DNA from: Bacteroidales bacterium
GTDB taxonomy: Bacteria > Bacteroidota > Bacteroidia > Bacteroidales > UBA7960
Length of the DNA: 64,000 nt
Assembly: GCA_003560165.1 (NCBI GenBank)
Contig: PWJC01000018.1
Span: 1,987-65,986, forward strand
Direction: 5' to 3'
Shown here: piece by piece, positions 17,956 through 27,731 of the stretch
How the letters are laid out: each line of letters begins with the position of its first letter
Position numbering within the stretch: position 1 is the stretch's first letter
Translations under genes and position numbers: made by a program
Notes under the pieces: model-generated
Seen by the model: the letters and a program-made list of their open reading frames with translations, nothing else
Told to the model about the DNA's origin: nothing
Databases searched by the model: none

Positions 17956-20361
17956 ATGATTTATTTACAGCATCATTTCCTTCTGCTGCTTTGTGCGCTG
18001 GCCTGGTTGATGCCGGTCAGTGCAAAGGGCCTCTCCGGGGGACAGCAGATGGAAAACCTTGAGATCATTCAACGCCTGGAAGGTTTTTCAAGAAACTTCC
18101 CCCAGCAGAAAGTCTATCTGCATACCGACAAAGACAGCTACCATGCCGGAGAAACCATCTGGATGAAAGCCTATGTGGTGAAGGGAAGCACGCATATGCC
18201 CGATACACTCAGCAGGAACCTTTATGTAGAAATGACCGATCAGGAAGGTAAGCATATCAGCAGCCTGTTGCTCGAAACCGGGGGCGGTACTTCCCATGCC
18301 GATATCCAGCTTCCCGATTCACTACCCGAAGGCAATTATTTCCTTCGGGCCTACACCAATTGGATGCGCAATTTTGACGAGGATCTGTATTTTTCAAAAA
18401 ACATCTTCGTGCACAATACCCTCGAACCGGATTTTATTTCGCGCAGTGACCTCCGGATGAACCGCCGGTTTAACCGGGAACTTTCGGGGCACCGTCAGCA
18501 GATGCAATTCGGCTTTTTCCCCGAGAGTGGCAATATGGTGTACGGACTGGAGAGCCGGGTTGCCTTCAAGGCAAGCAATCGGCTCGGGCAGGGTGAGCCG
18601 GCCAGCGGCAGGGTAGTCGACAACCTGGGTCGCGAAGTGCTGTATTTTGAGTCCCGCCACAACGGCCTGGGCGTTTTTTCCCTTATCCCCCGCGAGGGCG
18701 AACATTATTTTGCAGAAGTGGAATTTGAAAACGGAGCCCGGGAAACTTACCCCCTGCCCAAACCCCTGCCCCATGGTTTTGCCATGCAGGTCACAAGTGA
18801 AAACGAGGACATTTTGGTGGAGGTGAAGGCAAACTTCGATCCGGCCCGTTTTGGCATGCCCGACCAGGTATTTGTCCTTGCCCAGACCCGTGGGCAGGTA
18901 GTTGCTGCCGGTAGCGGGATGCTGGAAAACGGCAGCTTCAGCTTCCGCATCGACGCAAATGAGCTTCCGCCCGGAATTTGTCAGATCACCCTGTTCGACG
19001 GCAACGCATTTCCGGTTGCCGAGCGCCTGGTTTTTTCTGACCCGCAAAGGGTTCCCGAAGTGGGAATAGATGCCTATGTCTCAGAAAACGAAGGGGACAA
19101 TGTGCTTTCTCTTGATGTGTTTTTCGACGATCAGCTGCAGAAAACCCCTGCCGGATCCTATTCCATGTCGGTGGTTGAATGGCCGGTGCCAGAAAAAGAG
19201 ATTCCGCTCAACATCGCTTCCTATCTCTTGCTTGCCAGTGATATTGGCAAAAGCCTGGAAGATCCCTCCTATTACCTTCAGGGCCCGGACCCTGAAAGGA
19301 AGCAGGCTCTCGATCTGCTCATGATGACCCACGGCTGGAGGCGTTTCAGTTGGGAAAAGCTGTTGGCCGGCAGCTATCCGGAAATCACTTACGGAATTCC
19401 CGATGGGTTGTCTGTCGGCGGGAAGGTCCGTGCCCTGGCTTCGGCCGGGAAAGCGGATAATGTTCATGTGGAAATGACCATTGCAGACCGGGAGGCAGAC
19501 AGATACGCCACCCGCACCGATGAGGACGGAAACTTTTTGTTTACCGGTCTTCATTATTACGGTCACTTTAATGTGTTGCTGAACACCCCCTATAACCAGA
19601 ACGGAAGGAATTTGTGGATTGATCTGCATGCCCGCCAATTCAAAGACATTCCCTATCCGTTGAATATGCATACCCGTCCGAACAGCGTACTTTCGCGGGG
19701 ACAGGATTGGGTTCGGGTGAGATCACCGCGAATGCGACTGCGCCCGGCCTCCAGGGCCAGGCCGCAATTGGGAGAGCCGTATTTCGGGCGCCCCGACCAG
19801 GTCATCTACCAGCACGACATTCAGGGCCACTACACCAATATGATCGACCTGTTGCGCGGACGTGTGACAGGCCTTACCATCGAAGGTTCGAGGCTGACAT
19901 TTCGCGGGCAGAGCTACCCTTTCACCGATACCGAACCCTTGTATGTGGTTGATGGGGTCATGGTACATAAATCGACTTTTATGTCGGTGAATCCTGGCGA
20001 TTTGCAGCGGATTGAGATCATGAGGGGCTCCAGTGCCGCTATTTTCGGAAGCCGGGGAGGTGGCGGTGTGCTGATCGCCTATACCAAGAGAGGAGAGGAA
20101 ACAAGCCGCCGCATCTTTGAATTTACCCTTAAGGGTTACGAATACCCCAGGGAATTTTTCCAGACCGTGACAGACATTCCCGGCTACTTACAGGCCGGCA
20201 TTCCCAGAACCCTTTATTGGGAACCTGAGCTCAGTCCGGGAGAGGGCGGCATGACCAGCGTGTACATTCCTGCCCCAAATTTTGGCAATCAGGTAGTAGT
20301 TGTCATTGAGGGCCTCACCGGCAAGGGCGATCCCCTGTTTGTCAGGGCCCGTTTTGACTAG
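17956..20361 (+). CDS. Secreted MG2/alpha-2-macroglobulin-like repeat protein with C-terminal TonB-plug-like domain (paralog 1 of 3)
   Basis: 801 aa with a signal peptide (LLLLCALAWLMPVSA). Motifs include QQKVYLHTDKDSYHAGETIWMKAYVV, LPDSLPEGNY and LMMTHGWRRFSWE. The C-terminal plug-like stretch reads PLYVVDGVMV...NPGDLQRIEIMRGSSAAIFGSRGGGGVLIAYTKRG. No beta-barrel follows. Confidence 0.7.
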   Translation: MIYLQHHFLLLLCALAWLMPVSAKGLSGGQQMENLEIIQRLEGFSRNFPQQKVYLHTDKDSYHAGETIWMKAYVVKGSTHMPDTLSRNLYVEMTDQEGKHISSLLLETGGGTSHADIQLPDSLPEGNYFLRAYTNWMRNFDEDLYFSKNIFVHNTLEPDFISRSDLRMNRRFNRELSGHRQQMQFGFFPESGNMVYGLESRVAFKASNRLGQGEPASGRVVDNLGREVLYFESRHNGLGVFSLIPREGEHYFAEVEFENGARETYPLPKPLPHGFAMQVTSENEDILVEVKANFDPARFGMPDQVFVLAQTRGQVVAAGSGMLENGSFSFRIDANELPPGICQITLFDGNAFPVAERLVFSDPQRVPEVGIDAYVSENEGDNVLSLDVFFDDQLQKTPAGSYSMSVVEWPVPEKEIPLNIASYLLLASDIGKSLEDPSYYLQGPDPERKQALDLLMMTHGWRRFSWEKLLAGSYPEITYGIPDGLSVGGKVRALASAGKADNVHVEMTIADREADRYATRTDEDGNFLFTGLHYYGHFNVLLNTPYNQNGRNLWIDLHARQFKDIPYPLNMHTRPNSVLSRGQDWVRVRSPRMRLRPASRARPQLGEPYFGRPDQVIYQHDIQGHYTNMIDLLRGRVTGLTIEGSRLTFRGQSYPFTDTEPLYVVDGVMVHKSTFMSVNPGDLQRIEIMRGSSAAIFGSRGGGGVLIAYTKRGEETSRRIFEFTLKGYEYPREFFQTVTDIPGYLQAGIPRTLYWEPELSPGEGGMTSVYIPAPNFGNQVVVVIEGLTGKGDPLFVRARFD

Positions 20362-20494
20362 CAAAAAGCAACCGGCGAACTTGTCAGCAGCCTGCCTGAC
20401 TTTGCCTTCCGGGCATCAAAAATATGAAAGGATTGCATGCGTTTGGCATGATTATGGATGCCGTTTTCTTGATGAGCGGGAATCCAAAATCACC

Positions 20495-20502
20495 TATATT
20501 TG
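20495..20502 (+). promoter_or_regulatory. Bacteroidota-type -7 promoter box (TATATTTG)
   Basis: Exact TAnnTTTG match 63 nt upstream of the ATG at 20565. Confidence 0.4.
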
Positions 20503-20564
20503 TGCGTTCCTTACTCCGGGGGTATGCTGCTGCATGCCAAATACTCACCAATCGACACACTACC

Positions 20565-22925
20565 ATGAAACATCTTTTTAAGTTAATGATCATCGCAGTT
20601 TTCCTTGTTCCGGCTGTTTGGCAACATCCGGTCTTTTCGCAGGTTGACTCCGGGGCACAGATCCTGGGAAGCCTTAATCGTGTGCCTGCCGAAATGCCGC
20701 AGCAAAAGCTGTTTCTCCATACCGATAAAGACGAATACCTTGCCGGCGAAACCCTCTGGTTCAAGGCCTATCTGGTGAATGCCTTCTCTCACCAGCCCGA
20801 TCTGCTAAGCACCAACCTGCAGGTCCATCTTCTGAATGCCGACGGAGACCTGGCTGGATTTGCCCTGGTGAAGCTGACCGATGGCTATGGCCATGGTGAT
20901 TTTCAGCTCCCCGACTCCCTGGCGGATGGGAATTATCATATTCTGGCCCATACCGACATGATGGAGGCCTGGGGCAGTGACGAGGTTTTTAAAAAATATT
21001 TTTATGTTCACAATCCCGAAGAGGAAAACTTTATCAGGCGAAGGGGCATCAGATCTAACCGAAGGCTTAACCGAAGCCTTGAAAACCTGGAAGAAAATGT
21101 CCAGTTTGCTGTGTTTCCCGAGGGAGGGAATATGGCCGCCGGACTGGAGAACCGGGTGGCATTCAAGGCCGCCGATGGCCTTGGCCGGGGAATGGATGCC
21201 AGTGGCCGGCTCAGGACAGGGGATGGTACCGAGATCCTGACCTTTACCACCATCCACGATGGGATGGGCGAGTTTGCCTTTGTACCCGAGGCAGGAAAAG
21301 AATACACAGTTCAGGTTGAATTTGCCGACGGTTCAGGCATTCAGAAGGTTCTGCCTGCGGCCCTGGAGGAAGGCTATGTATTGAATGTCCTGCCACGCGA
21401 CGGCAAACTCGAGGTGTCGGTAAGCGCCAATTTTGACTCCAGGCAGTACAACATACCCCCCGACATCTTTATTATTGCCCAGGTCAGGGGACGTGCCTAT
21501 TTTTACGAGCTCGGCATGCTGAGACAGGGACGGTTCAACACCACCATTCCGGCGGATATGCTGCCCACCGGGGTTGCGCAGATCACTGTTTTTGATGCCA
21601 ACAACACTCCCCTTGCCGAACGTCTGGTATTTGTCAATCATCACGACATCGGCGAGGCTTCCATACAAACCTCCACTTCTTCCCTTGGAGGGCAGTCGGC
21701 CATCGTCATGGACCTGACTTTTGACGAACACGAATTCAAGGACAGCAAAACCGGTTATTCGCTGGCCGTTTTGGCCAGCCCTGAGGGTTCGCCCGGCTAT
21801 GGCGAAAACATTGCCACTTCATTTTATCTGACCAGCGAGTTGGGTCATCTGGTGAATGACCCCTGGTATTATTTCCAGGACAATGACGAAGCCCGCCTGG
21901 CGGCCGATCTGCTGATGATGACACATGGCTGGAGAAGGTTCAGTTGGGAGAATATCCTTGCTGGCGACTTTGGCGATGTGGAGGCCAGAAGGGAAGAAAG
22001 GTTGACGATCTCGGGGAAGGTGACCCTGAGCAGGTATGATGATTCGCCCGGCGAACAAACTGTTGAGCTGGGCTTGCTCGATGGGCAGTCGGTGGAGATC
22101 TACAGGTCTACCACCCGGCATACCGGAGAATTTTCTTTTTCCGGTTTGGAGTTTGACGAATTGACCCGGGTGCGCATCACCGTGCCCGCCTCCACCAGGG
22201 AGCGGCGCATGGAAGTTGAGCTTGACCGCCGCGAATACAGGAAACGCCCCCACGTACCGGGCTTTTACAGCCAAAAGCACGAGATATTGCGCAGAGGCCG
22301 CGCCTGGCGAAGGGTTCCCGTGCCTGAAACCTTGCTTCCCGACCCCACCCGCCAAAAGCATACGCGCATTTCGGCTCTGGGTGCCGCCCCCGATTTCGTG
22401 CTCTATATGGACGATGTGAGGGGTGAACCCACCGACATGGCCAGCCTGATGTCGGGCAGGGTGAGGATCAGCCGTGGCCCGGCCAGCATCAACTTGCCCA
22501 CCATACCCCTTTTCCTTATAGACGGGAGTATCGTCAAGCAACCGGTCTTTTATGCATTAAATCCGGTCGACCTGGAGAAGATTGAAGTGTACAGCGGAGC
22601 CTCCACGGCCATTTTTGGTGCAAGGGGTGCAAACGGTGCCATCCATGCCGTAACCAGGACAGGCCTTAATCGCGACGAAACCATGTTCAACGTGACCGGA
22701 TACCATATACCCAGGAAGTTCTTTGTCAACCATATCCATTATTCCGAATATGCCGCACTCGGCCTCAGCAAAACCTTATTGTGGGAAGAGATCCTGGTGC
22801 CCAACAACAACGGAGAAGCCAGATACATGTTCCCCGGCATCGATTCGTTCGATCACGTAAGGGTAGTTATCCAGGGTGTGGACAACAATGGGCACATCAT
22901 CTATACCGAACAGAAACTGCGATAA
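20565..22925 (+). CDS. Secreted MG2-like / C-terminal plug-like protein (paralog 2 of 3)
   Basis: The start is at MKHLFKLMIIAVFLVPAVWQ (signal peptide), downstream of the promoter box. It shares QQKLFLHTDKDEYLAGETLWFKAYLV, LPDSLADGNY, LMMTHGWRRFSWE and PLFLIDGSIV...NPVDLEKIEVYSGASTAIFGARGANGAIHAVTR. Confidence 0.7.
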   Translation: MKHLFKLMIIAVFLVPAVWQHPVFSQVDSGAQILGSLNRVPAEMPQQKLFLHTDKDEYLAGETLWFKAYLVNAFSHQPDLLSTNLQVHLLNADGDLAGFALVKLTDGYGHGDFQLPDSLADGNYHILAHTDMMEAWGSDEVFKKYFYVHNPEEENFIRRRGIRSNRRLNRSLENLEENVQFAVFPEGGNMAAGLENRVAFKAADGLGRGMDASGRLRTGDGTEILTFTTIHDGMGEFAFVPEAGKEYTVQVEFADGSGIQKVLPAALEEGYVLNVLPRDGKLEVSVSANFDSRQYNIPPDIFIIAQVRGRAYFYELGMLRQGRFNTTIPADMLPTGVAQITVFDANNTPLAERLVFVNHHDIGEASIQTSTSSLGGQSAIVMDLTFDEHEFKDSKTGYSLAVLASPEGSPGYGENIATSFYLTSELGHLVNDPWYYFQDNDEARLAADLLMMTHGWRRFSWENILAGDFGDVEARREERLTISGKVTLSRYDDSPGEQTVELGLLDGQSVEIYRSTTRHTGEFSFSGLEFDELTRVRITVPASTRERRMEVELDRREYRKRPHVPGFYSQKHEILRRGRAWRRVPVPETLLPDPTRQKHTRISALGAAPDFVLYMDDVRGEPTDMASLMSGRVRISRGPASINLPTIPLFLIDGSIVKQPVFYALNPVDLEKIEVYSGASTAIFGARGANGAIHAVTRTGLNRDETMFNVTGYHIPRKFFVNHIHYSEYAALGLSKTLLWEEILVPNNNGEARYMFPGIDSFDHVRVVIQGVDNNGHIIYTEQKLR

Positions 22926-22947
22926 ACAGCTTATTGACCAGAGCACC

Positions 22948-22987
22948 GGCCTTCGCATACATGATGCGGAGGCCGTTTGTTTATTTG
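22948..22987 (+). terminator. Rho-independent terminator after paralog 2
   Basis: The hairpin is GGCCTTCGCAT-acatg-ATGCGGAGGCC, with 11 bp and one G-U pair. It is followed by GTTTGTTTATTTG. Confidence 0.55.
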
Positions 22988-23137
22988 CGGCTCAGGAGCC
23001 GCAGCGGGTTCACGGAATGGGGGAGGCCGGGACACTTGAATTTCTGCCGCCTTTTTTGTATATTGCGTTAATGTAACGCATTGAAATTGTGAATAAAACA
23101 ATCATGGTAGCATAATTAAATCAGAGGAACACAACAC

Positions 23138-25543
23138 ATGTACAATCGACAAAAAGCATTGTTTCATTATTTTTTTGCAGTGATATTGGGTGTTTTGCCG
23201 GGAATCAACCTGTCGGCTTCCCTGAAGGCCGATGGGGTGGAAAAACCCCTGGAGGTACTGGAAGCTTTCAGGGAGAAGCTTCCCCAGCAAAAAGTTTTCC
23301 TGCATACAGACAAGGAGAACTACCTGGCCGGAGAGGACATCTGGATCAAGGCATATGTAGTGGACGCTGCCACACACCTGCCCGACACCCTCAGTTCGAA
23401 CCTCCAGGTCGAACTGCTGAATTACAGGGGCGAGTTGGTGGAGCGGATGCTGCTGCGGCTGGATAATGGCCGGGCCCATGGTGAATTCACCCTGGCCGAC
23501 TCCCTGTCGGACGGCAATTATGTGTTGCGTGCACACACCCATTGGATGAAGAATTTCGGAGAGGACTTTTTCTTTGACAGGCATCTTTATGTGAACAATC
23601 CGGAAGAAGCAAACTTTATCCGTTTCGGCGACCGGCGCCAGAACAGACGGTTTAACCGCGAATTGGACGCAAGGGGCGGGCAAATGCAGTTTGCTGTCTT
23701 TCCTGAAGGTGGCCAGCTGGCCAGCGGCCTCGAAAACCGGGTAGCTTTCAAGGCCACCAATATGCTGGGGGCCGGCCTGGACGTCAGAGGAAGGCTTACA
23801 GACAGCCAGGGCAATGAGATCACTGCCTTTGAGAGCCTTCATCTGGGGATGGGTGTGTTTTCTTTCACTCCCCTTGCCGGGGAAAGCTATTTTGCCGAAG
23901 TGGTCTTTCCCGGAGGTGAACACAGCCGGATTCCCCTGCCCGAGGCAAAAACCGGGGCTTACCTGCTGACTGTCGCACAGGATGAGGAGTTCATTCACAT
24001 CGGAGTGAAATCCAACTTCGACCCGGTAGAACACGGATTGCCGCAAACAGTGCACCTGCTTGCCCAGGTCAGAGGAGAGCCCGTCTTTGCCGGGAGCCCC
24101 GTCCTCGAAAATAACCGGCTGTCGGTTGATCTGCCCCTTGGTGAACTGCCTGCCGGCATCGTGCACATCACGCTGTTTGGCCCCAACGCCACACCACTGG
24201 CCGAGCGACTGGTATTTGCCAATCAGGAAACTGTTTCGGCGGTATCCGGGGCAGGTATCTCAGATACTGCTGAACGCGACGGTTCCGGGATGGTCACGGT
24301 GGCGTTCGACAAAAGCGGGGAAGAAGATACCGGCAGCTATTCCCTGGCGGTGGTGGAAGGGGGAGGGCCAGACAATCCACACGCCTCCAATATCCTCACA
24401 TGGTTTTACCTGGAAAACGATCTTGGGCAGGCACTGGAAGACCCGTGGTATTATTTTTCGGAAGATTTCACCGAAAGAAAAGAGGCCCTGGACGTGATGA
24501 TGATGACCCACGGATGGCGGAGGTTCGAATGGGAGTCTTTGCTGGATGGCGAATTCCCGGAGCCTGGCTATCCTGTAATGGACGGACTGTCCATCAGGGG
24601 GCAGGTGGTGCCGCTCGGATCGTCGTATATGCCGGGTCAGCTCACTGTCGAACTGGCTGTGATCAGGAACGAGGAGTATTCGCATTATTCGACCGAGACC
24701 AATTTTGATGGTGAGTTCGTTTTTGAAGGCCTTGATGTGGAAGGTTATTTTCTGGCCGAAATGACCACCAGGGGCGATCTGACCGACCGGAGGTTCCGCA
24801 TCGACATGATCGCCCGTAAATACGACCGCTTCGATTACGAGTACATCATGGATTTCCATACCCAGGCACATAGCGTACTCAGCCGGGGCAGCGATTGGGA
24901 AAGGGTCAGGAGGCCTCTGACGTTGTTATCGGATTACCCCGACGACATCGAAGAAAGAGACCGGTCCGGCACCATTGGTACACCGGATTTTGTCCTGTAC
25001 CTCGACGACGTCCGGATGGAGTACCCCGACCTGGCAAGCCTGCTTCCCGGTCGCATACCGGGATTGCGGACAGACCAGGGCAGTTTTTACTTCCATGGCC
25101 CTTCGAGCATCAATCTGGATACCGAGCCCCTTTTCCTGGTGGAGGGGGTCATTGTAACCCGGGCTTCCTTTTTCAGCCTGAACCCCAAAGATGTGGAGAA
25201 GATAGAAGCCTACCGCGGACCCAGTGCGGCCATTTTCGGACGAAGTGGGGCAAACGGTGCCCTGAATGCGGTCATCAGGACCGGGCGGGGCGAAACCTAT
25301 TATGAATTCCAGCTTCTGGGCTACAATAGCCCCCGCACCTTTTTCCAGTCGGAACTGCCGGCTTACCGCTATGAGCAAAGCGGGGTAGCCCGCACCATTT
25401 TCTGGGAACCCATGATAAAACCGGGTGAAAATGGCAAGCGGCAGTTGGAGTTTGAGCTGCCCGCCGAAGATGTGCTCTACTACATCCTGTTGCAGGGAAT
25501 GGATGCAGAAGGAGGGTTTACGTACCAGTTGCGCATTCTCTGA
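23138..25543 (+). CDS. Secreted MG2-like / C-terminal plug-like protein (paralog 3 of 3)
   Basis: 801 aa. It shares QQKVFLHTDKENYLAGEDIWIKAYVV, LADSLSDGNY, MMMTHGWRRFEWE and PLFLVEGVIV...NPKDVEKIEAYRGPSAAIFGRSGANGALNAVIR. Confidence 0.7.
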   Translation: MYNRQKALFHYFFAVILGVLPGINLSASLKADGVEKPLEVLEAFREKLPQQKVFLHTDKENYLAGEDIWIKAYVVDAATHLPDTLSSNLQVELLNYRGELVERMLLRLDNGRAHGEFTLADSLSDGNYVLRAHTHWMKNFGEDFFFDRHLYVNNPEEANFIRFGDRRQNRRFNRELDARGGQMQFAVFPEGGQLASGLENRVAFKATNMLGAGLDVRGRLTDSQGNEITAFESLHLGMGVFSFTPLAGESYFAEVVFPGGEHSRIPLPEAKTGAYLLTVAQDEEFIHIGVKSNFDPVEHGLPQTVHLLAQVRGEPVFAGSPVLENNRLSVDLPLGELPAGIVHITLFGPNATPLAERLVFANQETVSAVSGAGISDTAERDGSGMVTVAFDKSGEEDTGSYSLAVVEGGGPDNPHASNILTWFYLENDLGQALEDPWYYFSEDFTERKEALDVMMMTHGWRRFEWESLLDGEFPEPGYPVMDGLSIRGQVVPLGSSYMPGQLTVELAVIRNEEYSHYSTETNFDGEFVFEGLDVEGYFLAEMTTRGDLTDRRFRIDMIARKYDRFDYEYIMDFHTQAHSVLSRGSDWERVRRPLTLLSDYPDDIEERDRSGTIGTPDFVLYLDDVRMEYPDLASLLPGRIPGLRTDQGSFYFHGPSSINLDTEPLFLVEGVIVTRASFFSLNPKDVEKIEAYRGPSAAIFGRSGANGALNAVIRTGRGETYYEFQLLGYNSPRTFFQSELPAYRYEQSGVARTIFWEPMIKPGENGKRQLEFELPAEDVLYYILLQGMDAEGGFTYQLRIL

Positions 25544-25553
25544 AGACCACACC

Positions 25554-26669
25554 TCAGGATGCTGAGGAAGGGATACCCAGCAGAAACTGGATGGTGTCTG
25601 TGCCGTCGGGGTAATCCCAGGGCATAGGTCGCTGACTGCTGCCTGCCGGGATAACAGGCATGGTGGCGGTGGTCAGTTCCCGTGGCCCGACTACGCACTG
25701 CAGGCTGCTGAGGTTACGCTGTATAAATGCCTTTGCCGACGCCAGGTTGCTGTATCCCGAATAATGGATTATGCCTACGGGGGATGCAATGGCCGGGCTT
25801 TGCCTGAGCAGGAAGAAGCCGGCATCGGTAAAATGGCTGCCTTGCGCAGACAGCAGTGCTCTGTAGTATTGCAGGTTGTGCAGGTATTTCGGATTTTCTG
25901 CCACTCCGGAAAAGGCGGCCCATGCCTTGGTGATCTGCCCGGGGGCCATCCCGGTGGGTAGCATCAAATGGGATACATTGCGGCATCCGAGGCCGAAATA
26001 CGAAAAAACGTCTTCGCCCAATGCCCTGAGCCCGGCCGCCGTTTCATTACCGGTGATCAGTGCCAGTGAGTTGCGGTTCCGGCGGATCAAGTGTGGGTAC
26101 TGCCCAAAATGATAATCAAAGTATCTTGCCGTATTGTTGCTGCCGGTGGCTATCACCGCATCAAATCCTTGTAGAACGCTGCCTTCGCATGTGATGCGGT
26201 TATGGAATCCCGGCCACAGGGTGCGGAGTATTCGGGCAACGGCCGGAAACAGAAAACGATCGTGCGAGGATAGTTTGGCAATGCAACGGTGGCCGCTGAT
26301 CAGGATACAGAGGGCATCGTGAAATCCCACCAGGGGGATGTTCCCGGCCATGATCACGGCCACTGAACTGGTTTCAGGGGTGGGCTGAAGCAGGGCGGGA
26401 TAAGCACCCACCCACTTTTCAAGCACATCGCGGTTCAGCATCGCCGAGAGCCCATGGAATGCCCTGGCCAGGTTGCCTGTGGTAAACCAGGGATTTTCAT
26501 ACCGGCTTTCGTGCGCTGCCTCTACCAGGGCCTTTACCTCCGGTGATGCCGGCTGGCGGGTGGGGCCTTGCTCCATGACCTGCCCCGCCGCGGCGAAAAA
26601 CCCTCCCAGCCTGCCAAAGGCCTGGATGCATCCTTCCAGTTGCGGTGAACTGTTGCCACTGTTCATCAA
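25554..26669 (-). CDS. Acyl-CoA reductase (LuxC-like) family protein
   Basis: 371 aa. The pattern NPWFT..N........L...L....L..W... IMAGNIPLVGFHD...ILISGH...KLSS.D ... FDAVIATGSNNTARYF is typical of the Bacteroidota LuxC-like group as I remember it. Confidence 0.65.
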   Translation of the reverse strand: MMNSGNSSPQLEGCIQAFGRLGGFFAAAGQVMEQGPTRQPASPEVKALVEAAHESRYENPWFTTGNLARAFHGLSAMLNRDVLEKWVGAYPALLQPTPETSSVAVIMAGNIPLVGFHDALCILISGHRCIAKLSSHDRFLFPAVARILRTLWPGFHNRITCEGSVLQGFDAVIATGSNNTARYFDYHFGQYPHLIRRNRNSLALITGNETAAGLRALGEDVFSYFGLGCRNVSHLMLPTGMAPGQITKAWAAFSGVAENPKYLHNLQYYRALLSAQGSHFTDAGFFLLRQSPAIASPVGIIHYSGYSNLASAKAFIQRNLSSLQCVVGPRELTTATMPVIPAGSSQRPMPWDYPDGTDTIQFLLGIPSSAS

Positions 26670-26685
26670 TGCGGTTGAAATGGAT

Positions 26686-26693
26686 TATCTTTG
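26686..26693 (+). promoter_or_regulatory. Bacteroidota-type -7 promoter box (TATCTTTG)
   Basis: Exact TAnnTTTG match. Its context ttatctttgcaat is identical to the box upstream of the L31 gene. The ATG at 26721 lies 28 nt downstream. Confidence 0.45.
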
Positions 26694-26720
26694 CAATTAA
26701 GAACTGCAAGACAAAGTTAC

Positions 26721-27614
26721 ATGATAAGTTGGTACCAACATATGGTCAGAGGGTCTCTTCTTGTTTTGTCCGCGTGGCTGATGATGTTGACGGCAGCGGC
26801 CGGCCCCCTCTCCGGAAACCCCTTTTTCAGGCAGGCCGAAGACTCCCTGTCGGCCCTGGCCTGGCAAATTGTGGTGCCCCCTGACGATAAAGGTCGTTTG
26901 GAGAATAACCGGCAATTTACGGCTTACTTTAAAGAGGTTTTGCAGTTGCCGGGTGCCTTCGACCATCCTTTCGATTCATTACAAACGGTTTCATTCCTGT
27001 ATTCGCCAGGCAGGGATTTCCGAATCATCAGCTGGTATGTACCCCTTCAGGGGCAGCAGTTCGAATATTTCGGCCTGCTGCAGTTCAGCAAATCCTCAGA
27101 GAACGGGGATTCCCTGATCGTGTTCTCCGACGCAAGCCGGCACATCAATGGGAGAGAGCAGGGAGAACTCGATGCCGGCAGCTGGTATGGTGCCTTTTAT
27201 TACCAGATCAGTTGCCACCCCTTGGCAACTGGCGATATTTGCGCCCTTCTGGGCTGGAAGGGAGACAACCCCTTTACGCGCAAGCGCGTCATAGAACCCC
27301 TGACCATCCAACAGGGCAGGCCGGTATTTGGCAAGGCTGTCTTCGACCAGGAATTTGAAACCGCTCACCGTGTTGTGTTCGAATATTCGGCCAGGGTGTC
27401 GATGAGCCTTGACATTGAACAGGAGTTGGTCTACCGGGGTGAACCCCTGAACGAAGTGATTGTGTTTGACCGGCTGGTCCCAGCGGTCGCGGGCATGGAG
27501 GGTCAGTACCGTTTCTACGTGCCCGAGGCCAATGTGTTCGACGGGATGGTCTTTGAAGCGGGACGCTGGAGATTGATCAGGGATCTGGATGTTCGCATGC
27601 CCGACAGGGATTAA
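26721..27614 (+). CDS. Hypothetical exported protein (conserved Bacteroidota-type, function unknown)
   Basis: ORF with an N-terminal hydrophobic signal (VRGSLLVLSAWLMMLTAAAG). I recognise no motif. The start was placed after the promoter box. Confidence 0.55.
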   Translation: MISWYQHMVRGSLLVLSAWLMMLTAAAGPLSGNPFFRQAEDSLSALAWQIVVPPDDKGRLENNRQFTAYFKEVLQLPGAFDHPFDSLQTVSFLYSPGRDFRIISWYVPLQGQQFEYFGLLQFSKSSENGDSLIVFSDASRHINGREQGELDAGSWYGAFYYQISCHPLATGDICALLGWKGDNPFTRKRVIEPLTIQQGRPVFGKAVFDQEFETAHRVVFEYSARVSMSLDIEQELVYRGEPLNEVIVFDRLVPAVAGMEGQYRFYVPEANVFDGMVFEAGRWRLIRDLDVRMPDRD

Positions 27615-27731
27615 GTGGCGGAGAAAGATTTTTGGGATTTCCTTTTGCCAGTTGTTTTATTTTGCCAATTTTGCATTACGATCGTTTATCGTTTCTTCCG
27701 GTCATTCCTAACCTCATAAAAACCTGGTAAA

